A DNA stretch of 64,000 bases, from NCBI RefSeq assembly GCF_035084215.1, contig NC_090330.1:14694001-14758000 (forward strand). Direction: 5' to 3'. This DNA is from Heptranchias perlo (Eukaryota). Under the pieces are notes generated by a model. It was not told where the DNA came from. It worked only from the letters and a program-made list of their open reading frames with translations, and did no database searches. The position numbers were made by a program, and so were the translations under genes. Position 1 is the first letter of the stretch, and each line of letters starts with the position of its first letter. Below, in pieces: positions 1 to 12,245 of the stretch.

Positions 1-250
1 AGACACAAGATTAAATGTTAGTGATTTAGAACAGAGGACAGGAGAAACTTCTTTACACTGAGAGTTATGAGGCTGTGGCACTTCCAGGTTTAGTGGTTGA
101 GGCAGATGGATGAAGGTAAAGGGAATGAAGGGATATGGGCACCGGCTGGGTAAATGTGATTAGGACTATTGTTTATGTGGAGAGCAAACACTGACACAGA
201 CTGGTTGGGCTGAATGGTCTGTTTCCATGTTGTAACTTCTATGTATTTCT
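1..250 (+). mobile_element. Old CR1 LINE 3'-end fragment
   Basis: AGGAGAAACTTCTTTACACTGAGAGT (RNFFT.RV motif) and GACTGGTTGGGCTGAATGGTCTGTTTCC...TTCTATGT tail, similar to other CR1 3' ends in the window. Confidence 0.7.
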
Positions 251-364
251 ATATAAAACACCACATTGCAAGTGGCTTTAAAAGGTCATAACCGCGCTGA
301 GATTTTAACTCTTCCCTTCCAGGCTGCTTGTTTGTGACCAGCAACATTCTATTATGCAAGTATC

Positions 365-1365
365 GTAGTGAGTACAGCATAGGAGGAGGCCATTCTGCCC
401 ATCGTACCTGTGCTGTCTCTTTGAAAGACCTATCCAATTAGGCCCATTCCCCTTCTCTTTCCCCATAGCCCTGTAAATTTTTTCCCTTCAAATATTTATC
501 TAACTCCCTTTTGAAAGTTACTATAGAATCTGCTTCCATCACCCTTTCACTCAGTGTCATTCCAGATCATTACAACTCGCTGCATAAAAAAATGTTTCCT
601 CATGTCGCCTCTGGCTCTTTTGCCGATCACCTTAAATCTGTGTCCTCTGGTTACCGACCCTTCTGCCACTGGAAACAGTTTCTCCTTATTTATTCTGTCA
701 AAACCGTTCATGATTTTGAACACTTCGATCAAATCTCCCTTTAACCTTCTCTGTTCTAAGGAGAATAACTCCAGTCTCTCCACATAACTGAAGTCCCTCA
801 TCCTTGGTACCATTCTAGTAAATCTCTTCTGCACCCTCCCTAAGGCCTTGACATCCTTCCTAAAGTGTGGTGCCCAGAATTGAACACAATACTCCAGCTG
901 AGGCCTAATCAATTTTTCATAAAGGTTTAGCATAACTTCCTTGCTTTTGTACTCTATGCCTCTATTAATAAAGCCCAGGATTTTTTAACAGCCTTCTCAA
1001 CTTGTCCTACCACCTTCAAAGATTTGTGTATATGCACCCCCAGACCTCTCTGTTCCTGCACCCCCTTTAAAATGGTACCATTTAGTTTATATTGCCTTTC
1101 CTCATTCTTCCTACCAAAATACATCACTTTAGACTTCTCAGCATTAAATTTCATCTGCCGTGTATCTGCCCATTTCACCAGTCTGTCTATGTCCTCCTGA
1201 AGTCTGTTACTATCCTTCACATTGTTTACTACATTTCCGAGTTTTGTGTCATCTGCAAACTTTGAAATTATACCCTCTATACCCAAGTCCAGGTCATTAA
1301 TATGTATCAAAAAGAGCAGTGGTCCTAATACTGACCCCTGGGGAACACCACTATATACTTCCAGT
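365..1365 (-). mobile_element. 5'-truncated CR1 LINE (RT C-terminal half and 3' UTR), frameshifted
   Basis: ORFs 954-1406 (SGVPQGSVLGPLLF, KFADDTKL) and 547-933 (LIRPQLEYCVQFWAP, RLKGDLIEVFKIM). Confidence 0.93.
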
Positions 1366-1417
1366 TGGCAGGAAAGCAAGCAAATGAATGCTTGCTTTCC
1401 TGGCAACTGTCATAATG

Positions 1418-1905
1418 GGCCAACTCTTGCTGGAGCGGCGTATCTCATGACATGCGTTGTTGGTTAGACTTTTTCCTGTTCCCTTCGGCTCGAATATAAT
1501 TTTCCCTGTAAGTTGCTGGAAGTGCGAGCAAGTTCAACGAGGCATCTGGGACCTCGGTGAACGATAGGACTAATAGTGTACATACTTAACCAATGAGATT
1601 TAAGGATTGAGAGATAAACAGAGGAACGACGGAGAAGGAGGGTGAATGGGAGTCAAATCAGGTACAGAAAGAGAAATAAAGAGAGGGGAAGAAAGATTTG
1701 ATTAAGAGAGAGAGAGAAAAAAAAAGACAGAAAGGAAATGTAAGAAAAAAAAATTAAATTTGAAATTTTTAAAATCTTTAACAACAATTTACTACATGCA
1801 GGATAAGACTCAACAACTTAAATAGTTCCCTTTCTGGGCCAGAGAGTTTGATTAGCATTACATTAAAAATTATCACATTGATAAAAGGGTACTTACGCTC
1901 TAAGT
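1418..1905. mobile_element. Partial MITE, same family as 34201-35489, 37476-38140 and 54785-55529
   Basis: Shared internal block TTAACCAATGAGATTTAAGGA...GAGAAATAAAGAGA...GATTAAGAGA aligns by eye with 54957-55090. Confidence 0.65.
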
Positions 1906-2859
1906 ATGAGTTAAAAGTGCATAATTTCTTTTATAGGGATAGAAGGAAAAAAATAGTCCAGTCAACATTAATTTTAATGCATCATCAGGAAATAAACTGA
2001 AAACTAGCAAATAATGTAGTTTTTGGATGCATTCGTTCACCATCGAGGGAAATCTGAGCAAACATTCCCAAGTTTGCCTCGAGTTTGGAGACCTCCTTCA
2101 TGTTGTTGTTGCAGATCAGGTATGAAGCAAGTTCTGGGGATAGATAGGTAGGCCTGGAGATCGACTTTCATGCTGCTTCCACATCACTTTTAGTGCCACT
2201 GCACAGTGGGAACAACTTCATAGTGACGCTATGAATGATGTGTAAATGCACCCTGTAGCTGCACTGTATTAACTACTGTTATATGCCAAGCCAGGTTTCA
2301 GCAGTAAGTTGATATGCAATATCCTGATGTTAACAATGCAGCTCATGGAAAAGACCCAATTAAAGTAAACTTACAAAAATAAAAGAATGCAAAACAAAAG
2401 CTAAGGATGAGAGCATTGGATTTAACGGACTTCTGTTATAATATGCCCCTTGATGTAACATAGCTCTTGGCCAGATCCTACACACCACTCTGTAACCATT
2501 ATGTAATCACTTCTTCAAAGCGGGTAGCTCCCTATTCATTGCACAAAGTAGAGCGTCTAACAGCCTGGCTCACTGTTCCTTCTCCCCAGCCTCTCAGTCT
2601 GGTTGTTTTTTTCAAACTATAAGGCAATCAGACTGTGCTACCATGGTTACTGTAGAAATGAAAGCTCTTAAACCAATATTCAGAGACTCCTTTTAACCTT
2701 TTCCACTTTCTGAATCACGCGTGTTACAAAGATCTATCTCACCACTGTAATATCTTTAAAGTTATTACAATAACAAGAAAGCCCAAAACTTGCTTGTGAT
2801 CAAATCAAGCCCAATTTTTGTAACGGGTCAAGCTTTCGATGGTAGGTAATGATATACAA

Positions 2860-3440
2860 GGGGAAATTTTAACTCAAGTCCCCGCCCCCCACCCCACCCC
2901 CCCCCAATACCTGGCAGGAACGGTGCTGGGGGGGTGGTGGGAGGTTAAGATGGGAGGGTGGTGTTCACGTCACTATCCCCACGTGTTCCCCCACCATTTT
3001 AACTAGTCTGTAACCAGGCTCGGGAAGGCTGCCCGCCGCAGAGGAGTGGGGGCCTAATTTAAATGGCAAATTCATGGCCCCACTCATGTCATCAGGACGG
3101 GCATGCCATTTTAACCGGGGACCCGACTAAGGACCGTACGGTCTCAAACCTACCAGCGATTGCAGACCTTCTCGATCTCTCCCCCCTCATCTTGCCAGAG
3201 ATCATTTCCATGGGTCCCCTCTGGTGACCAGACTCCCTGCCCCCTCCCCCTCCCTCCCCCCACCAATCTTGACTCCCCTCCACTGGCGGTGACGTCATTA
3301 CCACTGGCTTCGGGCGGGTATCAATGCCGGGGGCATTCAAGTGAGGCTTGGAAGTTAAAATCTCCCAGGCCTCACACTCCGCAGTCTCGCTATGGCCCCC
3401 CCATTTTTCCCCGATTCCCGCTCCGAGTTACAATCGGGGC
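2860..3440. mobile_element. GC-rich non-autonomous DNA transposon (probably Harbinger-derived MITE)
   Basis: Sharp GC-rich island in AT-rich DNA with imperfect inverted ends ATTTTAACTC / GAGTTACAAT. Confidence 0.5.
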
Positions 3441-5249
3441 TATAATATTTGATTCGACCAAATAGACTCAAAGTTATTACAAGCACACAAAAAAACTTAA
3501 AGTGCTGCTGGCAGCTCACGTGCTCTCTCTAAATGGGAGATTAAAATTATTCAACAATATTGACAGACTAGCACAACAATGCCAAAAATATACTCCAAAT
3601 AATATTGTATCTTCTTCATCGGTTCTACAAGCATCAGAATGACAGTAAATTAATCATAAGAAAAAAGCTGAAATACCCTGAAGTAGCATACTAGATCCTT
3701 AATTCAATTTACGATTCTAGTCCTGTGCCAAAATCAATAAAAAATTACATTAATTTGTGCCAACAGCTTGGATTTTTTTAAAGGTGTGCTGACAACGGAG
3801 TCCATTGCTATTCAGATATGTCTCACCACAGGTCTTAATTTTTCCCATTTGAAGCCAAACCATGTTACATGAATCACAGGCTTGTATTACATGCATGATT
3901 TTCCCATCCGTGCATTATTTAACATTAATAAACACAAGGCTTGTTGAACACTGTGTGCAAGTACACGATGTATTTGACAAATTACAGGGGATCGCATACT
4001 TTCAAGTTGCATTATTAATGGAAAGATTCACCCAATCCTTAAAGGTGGGAGAGTTGTGTTCCTTCCAATATTTTGCAGGAAAAACTATCAGGATTATTAC
4101 TGTGATAAAATCTAAAGCCTAGAATCTCCGCTCCTTTTTTAGGGCTCCTCACCCCCCACCCCCCACAATCAAATGCAAGCCTCCTGTTCTCCCCAGTGGA
4201 GGCACATCAGAAAACTTAAAGGTAGCACAAATCAGTCCAACGGGGACACAAGGCTCTGCCTCCAGTTTTCTGTCCACTCTGCACTCAGCATACTGCAGAA
4301 CACAGGAGCAGAATCTTAGCCCTATGTTTAGGGGTAAATCGGTCACTTGGAAAATTTGGCTGCGATAAACTGCACAGTTTGAAAGTTGAGATCCCAATTC
4401 ATTTTAGATATTCAATAGGCAGGAAGAGCAATAAACTGAAGTGGGTTGCACATATTAACAAGCAAAGTTGCCTATTTAAAACATAATTATAATAATGAAC
4501 ATGATAATGGCGTCATGGTATTGATCTATTTTATAGTTCCTTCATATTTATATTTCCTACAAAGGCTGCATCTTTCCCAATAAAGATTAGTGAGTCTGCT
4601 CTATGAATTAATTAGAAATAAAATTGCAAAAATAAATGATGTCTTATTAATAAACTCCCTACAATCACCCATAACAGATCGGTGCTGACATTTACAACTA
4701 CTGTAGAACCAAATCAGGGAACTCACTATTTGGCAGTGTTACTTGTTAGCTTTTAGTTTAGCTTCCTTAGTGATGGACTTCAAAATTAATGAATGGGGCC
4801 AGTTTGCTTCCCCCTCCCCTAAATGAGTTTGAAAATCCTAGTGACACTAAACAAGTGGGGCGCTAAATTGGGCCATGTAGCGCCTGTTGTTTCGGCGCTA
4901 TACGGTCTCCCAAAGTGCCAAGATGGCGTCTTGGCTGCGCATGCAGGTTTCCAGGGTGAACATGCGCCGGACGCCATCTTGGTATAGGAGTTAATGAATA
5001 ACGAATGCCGGAAGCATGTAAAGTAAGGAGAAAATGTGCAACGCTGATTTAAAGTGACAGACATCACTTTGGGACTTAACGCACAACTCAACACACAGTC
5101 TTAACCCCGACCGTTTGAATGTGTCTTAGAGAGCCAGGAGGACCCCCACCAGCTCTATTTAAAGGAGCCTTACAGGATTTACAGGTTAATGGTTGGATTA
5201 TTGCTTTGGGCTGCTGAGACATTTGTAACTGTTTTTGGAGGTCTCCTAC

Positions 5250-5530
5250 ACTTGATTACTAGGACTAGGGGAAATAGCCTAACATTTAGAGCCAGGACGT
5301 GCAGGAGTGAAGTTAGGAAATGCTTCTGTACGCAAAAGGTGGGAGAAGTTTGGAACGGTCTTCTGCAAACGGCAGTTGATGCTCGCTCAATTGTGAATTC
5401 TCAATCTGAGATTGCTAGATTTCTGTGAACCAAGGGTATTAAGGGATATGGGGCTAAGGCGGGTATATGGATTAGGTCACAGGTCCAGCATGATCTCATT
5501 GAATGGCGGAACAGGCTCGAGGGGCTAAAT
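5250..5530 (+). mobile_element. CR1 3'-end fragment within the Harbinger derivative
   Basis: TRTRG..L.FRAR..RSEVRK.F.TQKV.EVWN motif and GATCTCATTGAATGGCGGAACAGGCTCGAGGGGCTAAATG tail. Confidence 0.8.
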
Positions 5531-6375
5531 GCCACTGCCACTTGTTGCCTCCTGATTTGCACCACCTTCTCTCGCAAAAAAGCGAGACTTGTGTCTGGGT
5601 GATGTGCCTGTCATGTTTGAATAGCTGCCAGTGTGTGTGGCCTGTGAGTTGTGGGTGGGCGGCTTGTAACAGTGGTAATGTGTAAGGGTGAGAGGAAGCA
5701 TCTGATTGGAAGAGTTGAGTACCAATGGAAAGAGTTTGTTGGTATGTGGGGGATGGGGAGGTGTAGTGCGTGGTGCAGTTTATATGAGACACCACTTGAC
5801 ACTTGACCTCACTCACCTTGACCACTCATGTCAAAGCATTGAACTTCTTACTGCACTCCATCCATGTTCTTGGCGCTATGCGCTGGCATTGACTTTGTCC
5901 CCAGCTGCCTCCCACTGCCTTTTGGGCATATGTCTGGAGTGCCTCTTGCACCCCCCACCCCCACCCCGCGGATATAGGATGTCCCTCTTTCTGTCCACCT
6001 CTTGCACCAAGGCCTCTAGTCCATCAGCAGGGAACCTTGGTGCACGCACTCTTGCAGGCTTGGTACCAACTCAGATCAGCAGATTGGTGAGGTCTGGCAT
6101 GCAGATTGGAGATATGGGATTTAGTAGTGCGCAACCTTTATTCAATGTTTTAACATAACTTATCAGTTTGCAAACATAGGGACTGGAACTGAACCTGTGA
6201 TTTGCATGTGTGATGCCTGATCTCCATTCAGACTCTGTGCAGACAGCAGACTGTTATTCTCAGCTACCTTTAAGAGAGTTTTAAGAGGCGGCCTGCCTTT
6301 AAGAGATTGGAGCTCCCCCTGCTGGTGGAAAGTGCGAATTGCATGGAATCCTCGTTCAATGCTTATTTCCAATGC

Positions 6376-6596
6376 TGTGGAGATGCCGGTGATGGACTGG
6401 GTTTGACAAATGTAAACAATCTTACAACACCAAGTTATAGTCCAACAATTTAATCACCAGGTATTGTTTTCTGACTATAAATGCGAAACGTTCAAGGATT
6501 TCCTGACATTCACCTGACGAAGGAGGAAGCCTCCGAAAGCTTGTGATTTTCAAATAAAATTGTTGGACTATAACTTGGTGTTGTAAGATTGTTTAC
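6376..6596 (+). mobile_element. Penelope-like element terminal (pLTR) insertion with inverted 3' end
   Basis: About 44-bp inverted arms (6408-6451 vs 6557-6600), 11-bp TSD ATTTCCAATGC (6365-6375, 6597-6607), TATAAAT, hammerhead core and AATAAA. Confidence 0.8.
6510..6546 (+). ncRNA. Minimal type-I hammerhead ribozyme motif (PLE-associated)
   Basis: TCAC-CTGACGA-A-GGAGG(AAG)CCTCC-GAAA-GC-T-T-GTGA: stem I TCAC/GTGA, core CUGANGA and GAAA, 5-bp stem II, palindromic AGCT stem III. Confidence 0.75.
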
Positions 6597-7849
6597 ATTT
6601 CCAATGCAGATTGCAGGTAAGTCCTCAGGCCTCACGAAAGTCTTGTCCTGCCTGCGCAGGGGTCATTGATCACGCTACCCCTGCCCAATAACCGGCCCTA
6701 TCCAATTTTTCCCCCGTGATTCCTTCATTAACTAGAAGTTTTAAAGGACGTATTTGAAGAACGCCATGATATCCAATAAACTCTCCTGTATCCCATTGAA
6801 ATGATTACAAAGACTGTAGCAACCTCACTTCAGGCCCAGTTGATCTAAGGGGATTAATTTATTTTGAAAACAACATGCCTTTTGAATCCAGTGATCAAAA
6901 GTCCTGAACAACAGGATTTGCACAAGACAAGGCAATTGGATTACTTCACTGAAAACCATTTATAAATTCATTTGTCATAACAGAAATGTTTTACAAAGAC
7001 TCCATTTCTGACCCATTAACATTCATGTAAATTGCCCTATTATAGAAGAGAGTTTTTTTAAGAAAAATCTATTTATTGTACCAAATCTAATCATGCTGAA
7101 TGTATTAGATGTCATCACCTTTATCAACCCTCTATTAAAGGGAAATTCTTGAGAAGAGAAGGCAGTGTGAAATGACTGTAAGAAAATTCTGATTATTACA
7201 ATGTGTTCTTGGAAGGTCAGGATGTTCTATAAGTGGGTTTCATTCTGTCATAGAAAGTTTATTTATATGCATCAAGTATTTGAAATGGCCTCTGGGCAAC
7301 ACTTATTTCATAGTTAAACTGTGTTCAATAATTAGGACTTCATTTAAGGTGGAGGGTTCTCAAATTGCTCGGGGGTTCAATCCCGGTAGATTCGCCATGA
7401 TTGTGCCTGCCAGTGACCTTCAGCCCTGACCCCGCCAGGTTATATGAGGATCAATGGGAAGTCACCTATTTAAATAATGCCAACAGGTGCCCACATGACT
7501 AGGGGTGTATCTCAGGTACCTACTAGCCCATAAAGGACAGAAAATCTGGTACCTGCCAACATAGGGGAGAGTTGCTTAATCCTTGCCCCCCAAGGCCAAC
7601 AAGCCTATTTTGTGGCCCCTGCAGACCCCTTTGTAAATGTAATAATATACTTAATTTTAAAAATTTACTGACCTTGTCTTTGAAAATCCAGGCCACTTCT
7701 CTAGCCTGGACCCACTCGGTATGGGTCACTTCTGCCCTCCGAAGCCTCATCTCATGCAGTGCACCAGCAATTCCCATGGGTGAGGAACACCAGTGTAAGC
7801 AGAATAGTCAGCACAGAGGGGGGAGCGGCGGAACCTGAGGAAATTAAAA

Positions 7850-9114
7850 TAATCTTTAATTTACCGTACACACTCTATCTTTAACTATAAACGATAATCA
7901 ATATTTAAATAAACAAATATTCAGAATAATGAATTACTAATCAATTTAAAATTAAGCTAAAATCCATCTACTAAATATAATTTAGATCTTTGGTGTTTCC
8001 ATTAGTCTTAGAATTAAATGAATAGGGTAAGGGGAACCAAGGGGAGGTAGAGAAAGAGGTCCCACATACACTGGTCCTATCCAACAGGTACAATGTACTT
8101 TCTACCTGTGAGGGTAAGGATGTAGGCTGAAGGGAGGACAGCCAGAATGCTAACAATGGCAACCTGGAGCAGGAGGCAGTCGAAGGTGGGGGTTGAGCAG
8201 AATAGAAAGGTTGGAGTCAGAGGGGAATTGATAATTAGTGAGATTGATAGCATCCTCTGCAGTCGTGACCGAGAGTCCAGAAGGGTGTGTTGCCTACCTG
8301 GTGCAAAAGTAAAGGATATCTCGGAGCAACTGGAGAGGAACTTGGAAAGGGAGGGGGAAGATCCAGATGTCATGGTCCATGTTTGGACCATTGACATAGG
8401 GAAGAAAAGAGAGAAGGTCCTGCTAAGAGAATATCAGAAGTTAGGAACTAAATTAAAAAACAGGACTTCACAGGTGGTAATCTCAGGTTTATTACCCGAG
8501 CCATGTAATAAATGGCATAGGGATGGACAGATCAGGAAGGTGAATGCGTGGCTGAAAGACTTTGTGTGGGAAGGAAGGGTTCCATTTCATGGGACACTGG
8601 CACCAGTACTGGGACAGGAAGGAGCTGAACCGTTGGAATGGGCTCCAAGTGAACTGGAGTGTGACCAGTGTCCTAGCGGAAAGGATAAATAAGGCTGTCG
8701 CTGGGGCTTTAAACTAGTAAGATAGGGGAGGGATCTGGTGAAGTTAACATAAGTCTGAAGAAAAAAGAAATAAGAAATGAGAGTAAAGGTCAGACCAAGG
8801 TAAGGAATAAGGGTAACATTCATGGTCAGGGAACAAATACATAAGTACCGAATTACTGTAAGAAACTTCTTTACCCAAAGTGTGGTAAGAATGTGGAATG
8901 CACTACCACAAGGAGTAGTAGAGGCAAATAGCATAGATGCCTTTACGAGGAAGCTAAATAAACACAAGAGGGAAAAAGGAATAGAAGGATGTGCTGATAG
9001 GATTTGATGAAGTAGGGAGGAAGGAAGTTCGTATGGAGTATAAACACCGGCATCGACCAGTTGGGGCGAATGGATTGTGTCTGTGCTGTAGTTTCGATGT
9101 AACTCGATGTAACT
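7850..9114 (+). mobile_element. Internally deleted CR1: ORF1 esterase region joined to the 3' end, ORF2 absent
   Basis: ORF 8147-8692 has CR1 ORF1 SGNH-esterase motifs (RRVCCLPGAKVKDI, VVISGLLPEP, VNAWLK); 8860-9114 has RNFFTQSVVRMWNALP and a repeat tail (TCGATGTAAC x2). Confidence 0.8.
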
Positions 9115-9299
9115 AGCGGCCCTGCTGGAAGTCTGCATGCACAAGTGATATTAATAAGTTTAATCATAATATGCATGTTTTAAAATAGTGAATTTTTCAA
9201 TATAAGCTGGACTCTTCAGTTGAATCTTTGAGTTCAGGGTTATCTGACAAGATAATGGTTTCTTTTTTAAAAAGTTTACTTTTGTTTTATTTATTCACC

Positions 9300-9565
9300 A
9301 ATTTTCTCCCTCCCCTCCTCTCCCACAAAATTGACTCCATGTTGGGGCACATTTCCGTTCGAGCAGGTTGCCCCTTATCCAACTGACTGTTATTTGTGTG
9401 TGAGCATTGGGAGTGAGCCTTGGCAGGCTATTTCACCAATGGCGAAGATCACAGCTGAGCCTGATCTAGTCCCCAGCTCTGGCCATGTATGCAGACTTCC
9501 AGCAGGGGTCACTGGTTAGCAATCAGAATTAGAAACCTTGCCTTATTTTTCCTTCCTTGACCCAA
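9300..9565 (-). repeat. Old SINE-like interspersed repeat (related pieces at ~18890-19140 +, ~19880-20300 -, ~30850-31110 -, ~63050-63360 +)
   Basis: Shared motifs CAGGCTATTC, TTCCAGCA..GTCACTG..TAGCAATCAG and GAATA(G/A)CCTGC among copies; family not named. Confidence 0.5.
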
Positions 9566-10968
9566 GAATCATATAGAAAGTTATAGCACAGAAACTGGTC
9601 AGTTGGCCCGTCAAGTCAGCGTTGGTGTTTTTCTCCACATGAACAACTTAGCCTAACCCCATTCTCCTCCTCGCTTTAATATTCCTCGGACGGTCTAATT
9701 CCTGTTTAAAAGAATTTGTGACTCTGCTTCAACAAGAAGGTACAATTACAGTGCTTCCATCACTGCTCTGAGATCAGCAGGATTGATTGCAGGATATTCC
9801 CAGACTGAAAGGGTCGTCTAGTGTTTACATAGACTCACTTAATTATTGGGGGATCACAGACATGTCTAATGATAAATATAAACTACCGTTTACTTAAATT
9901 GCATATAATGTTTACTCCCCGGTTATGTACCAAGGACAGCACTTTTGTTCTTCAAGTTGATGTTTTCTGGCTCACGTCAATCCAAACATTTGGATGTGCA
10001 GATAGAATGAACATGGTGAGGTCAAACACTCACACCACGACCTGCTGTTTGCTTTGTATCAGCACCTCTGAGGTCACATTCATTACATAATCAATCCTTT
10101 TGTACGTGTGAATGTTCTATCACCAAAGACAACTTCAGTCACTATTAGTAGGTTGCAGTGAGTTACTTGTAACATACGTGCTGGCTGCTGTTTTAAATGA
10201 TTGCTGCGTGCAGCCAGCGCTACCTGCACTGTTGATTGGCTGCACGCATCAGCAGGGGTCCCCGATATCGCGAGTGGCTCATGCTTCTTAAAAGCAGCCT
10301 GCACCCCTTAAAGGGGAGGTGCACTGTGGCTGCAAGAAATGGTTGGAGTCGTTTGAGAAGTGATTCAGTGCTCTAATAGAATCATAGAATGGTTACAGCA
10401 CAGAAGGAGACCATTTGGTCCATCAAGCCCATACTGGTTCTTTGGAAGAGAAATCCGATTAGTTCCATTCCCCCGCTTTTTCCCTGTAGCCCTGCAACTT
10501 TTTTCCCTTCAAGTGTTTATCCAATTCCTTTTTGAAAGCCACGATTGAATCTGCTTCCACCGCCCTTTCAGGCAGCGCATTCCAGATCAGAACTACTTGC
10601 TGCGTTAAAAAGTTTTTCCTCATGTCGTCTTTGATTCTTTTGCCAATCAGCTTAAATCTGTGTCCTCTGGTTCTCGACCCTTCCACCAATGGGAACAGTT
10701 TCTCTTTATTTACTTTATCTAAACCCTTCATGATTTTCTGCTCTAAGGAGAACAACCCCAGTTTCTCCAGTCTATCCACGTAACTAAAGTCTCTAATCAC
10801 TGGAATCATTCTAGCAAATCTTTTTTGCACCCTCTCTGAGGCCTTCACATCCTTCCTAAAGAGCAGTGCCCAGAATTGGACACAATATTCCAACTATGGC
10901 CAAACCAGAGTTTTATAAAGGTTCAACATAACTTCCTTGCTTTTGTACTCTATGCCTCTATTTATAAA

Positions 10969-11342
10969 TGTAAAGAATCTTACAACACCAGGTTATAGTC
11001 CAACAATTTTATTTGAAAATCACAAGCTTTCGGAGGCTTTCTCCTTCGTCAGGTGAGTGAGTGGAATTCCTTGAACGTTTCGCATTTATATTCAGAGAAC
11101 AATACCTGGTGATTACAGATAATCTTTCCAACTGCCCGTTGTCAAGGCAATCAAAGTGTTCAGACAGAGAGGTGCTACCTACAGGACCACCGAATATACA
11201 AACGGCCAGAACACAAAACAGAGAGAGAGAGGGAGAAACATCCGAAAGGAAGAGAAAGACAGAAAATGACCCGTTGTATTAAAAACAGGTAACTTTTATT
11301 CACTGGTGGGGTTACGTGTAGCATGACATGAACATCATGGCT
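10969..11342 (-). mobile_element. Penelope-like element 3'/pLTR fragment inserted in the CR1
   Basis: 12-bp TSD TCTATTTATAAA (10957-10968, 11343-11354); revcomp matches 6452-6600. Confidence 0.82.
11020..11056 (-). ncRNA. Minimal type-I hammerhead ribozyme motif
   Basis: Revcomp TCAC-CTGACGA-A-GGAG(AAAGC)CTCC-GAAA-GCTT-GTGA with intact core. Confidence 0.72.
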
Positions 11343-12245
11343 TCTATTTATAAAGCCCAGGGTTCTGTACGCTTTTTTAAACCGCTTTCTCAATCTGTCC
11401 TGCCACCTTCAAAGATTTGTGCACATACACCCCCAGGTCTCTCTGTTCCTGCACCCCCTTTAGAATTGTACCATTTAGTTTATATTGCCTCTCCTCATTC
11501 TTCCAGCCAGCCTTTCTAGTATCTCCTCTTTATCAATTTTTAGCCCATCCAATATCTCAACTACCTCCTCTTTTACTGTGACTTTGGCAGCATCTTCTTC
11601 CTTGGTAAAGATAGATGCCAAGTATTCATTTAGTACCTCAGCCATGCCCTCTGTCTCCCTGCGTAGATCTCCCTTTTGGTCCCTAACCAGCTCCATCCCT
11701 TGTCTTACTACCCATTTACTATTTATATGCCTATAGAAGACTTTTGGCTTCCCTTTTATGTTAGCCGCCAATCTATACTCATATTCTCTCTTTGCCCCCT
11801 TATTTCCTTTCTCACTTCTCCTCTGTGCTTTCTATATTCAACCTGGTTCTCACTTGTATTATCAATCTGACTTCTGTCATACACTCTCTTTTTCTGCTTC
11901 CACTTACTCTCTATCTCTTTCGTTATCCGGGGAGCTCTGGCTATGGTTACCCTACCTTTCCCCCTTGTGGGAACGTACCTAGGCAGTACCCAAACCATCA
12001 CCTCTTTAAAGTCCACCCATTGTTCGATTACAGTTTTGCCTGCCAATCTTTGATTCCAATTTACCCAGGCCAGATCCATACTTAACACACTGAAATTGGC
12101 CCTCCTCCAATTAAGTATTTTTACTCTAGATTGCTCCTTGTCCTTTTCCATAATTAATCTAAACCATATGATACTATGATCGCTGTTCCCTAAGTGTTCC
12201 CCCACTGACACTTGCTCCACTTAACCCACTTCAAGACTATGAAGA

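Larger units (their letters stand above)
4858..6715. mobile_element. PIF/Harbinger deletion derivative retaining the Myb/SANT exon on the minus strand; nuclease deleted; hosts CR1 and PLE insertions
   Basis: TIRs GGGCGCTAAATTGG / revcomp GGGGGAAAAATTGG (11/14), 3-bp TSD GTG (4855-4857, 6716-6718); minus strand ~5810-6060 translates to RAPRFPADGLEALVQEV...KRQWE...PRTWMECSKKFN, homologous to 12246-12474. Confidence 0.85.
10376..12232 (-). mobile_element. CR1 LINE fragment (EN end, linker, RT C-terminus, 3' UTR) with the RT core deleted near 11505
   Basis: ORFs 11756-12220 (EHLGNSDHSII), 11475-11771 and 10459-10893 (EYCVQFWA); TAGAATCATAGAAT tail. Confidence 0.9.

Noticed and set aside
2878-2962. 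G-quadruplex/i-motif-prone C and G runs (also ~46700-46785)
   Set aside because: They lie inside GC-rich MITE-like repeats, with no evidence of a locus-specific role
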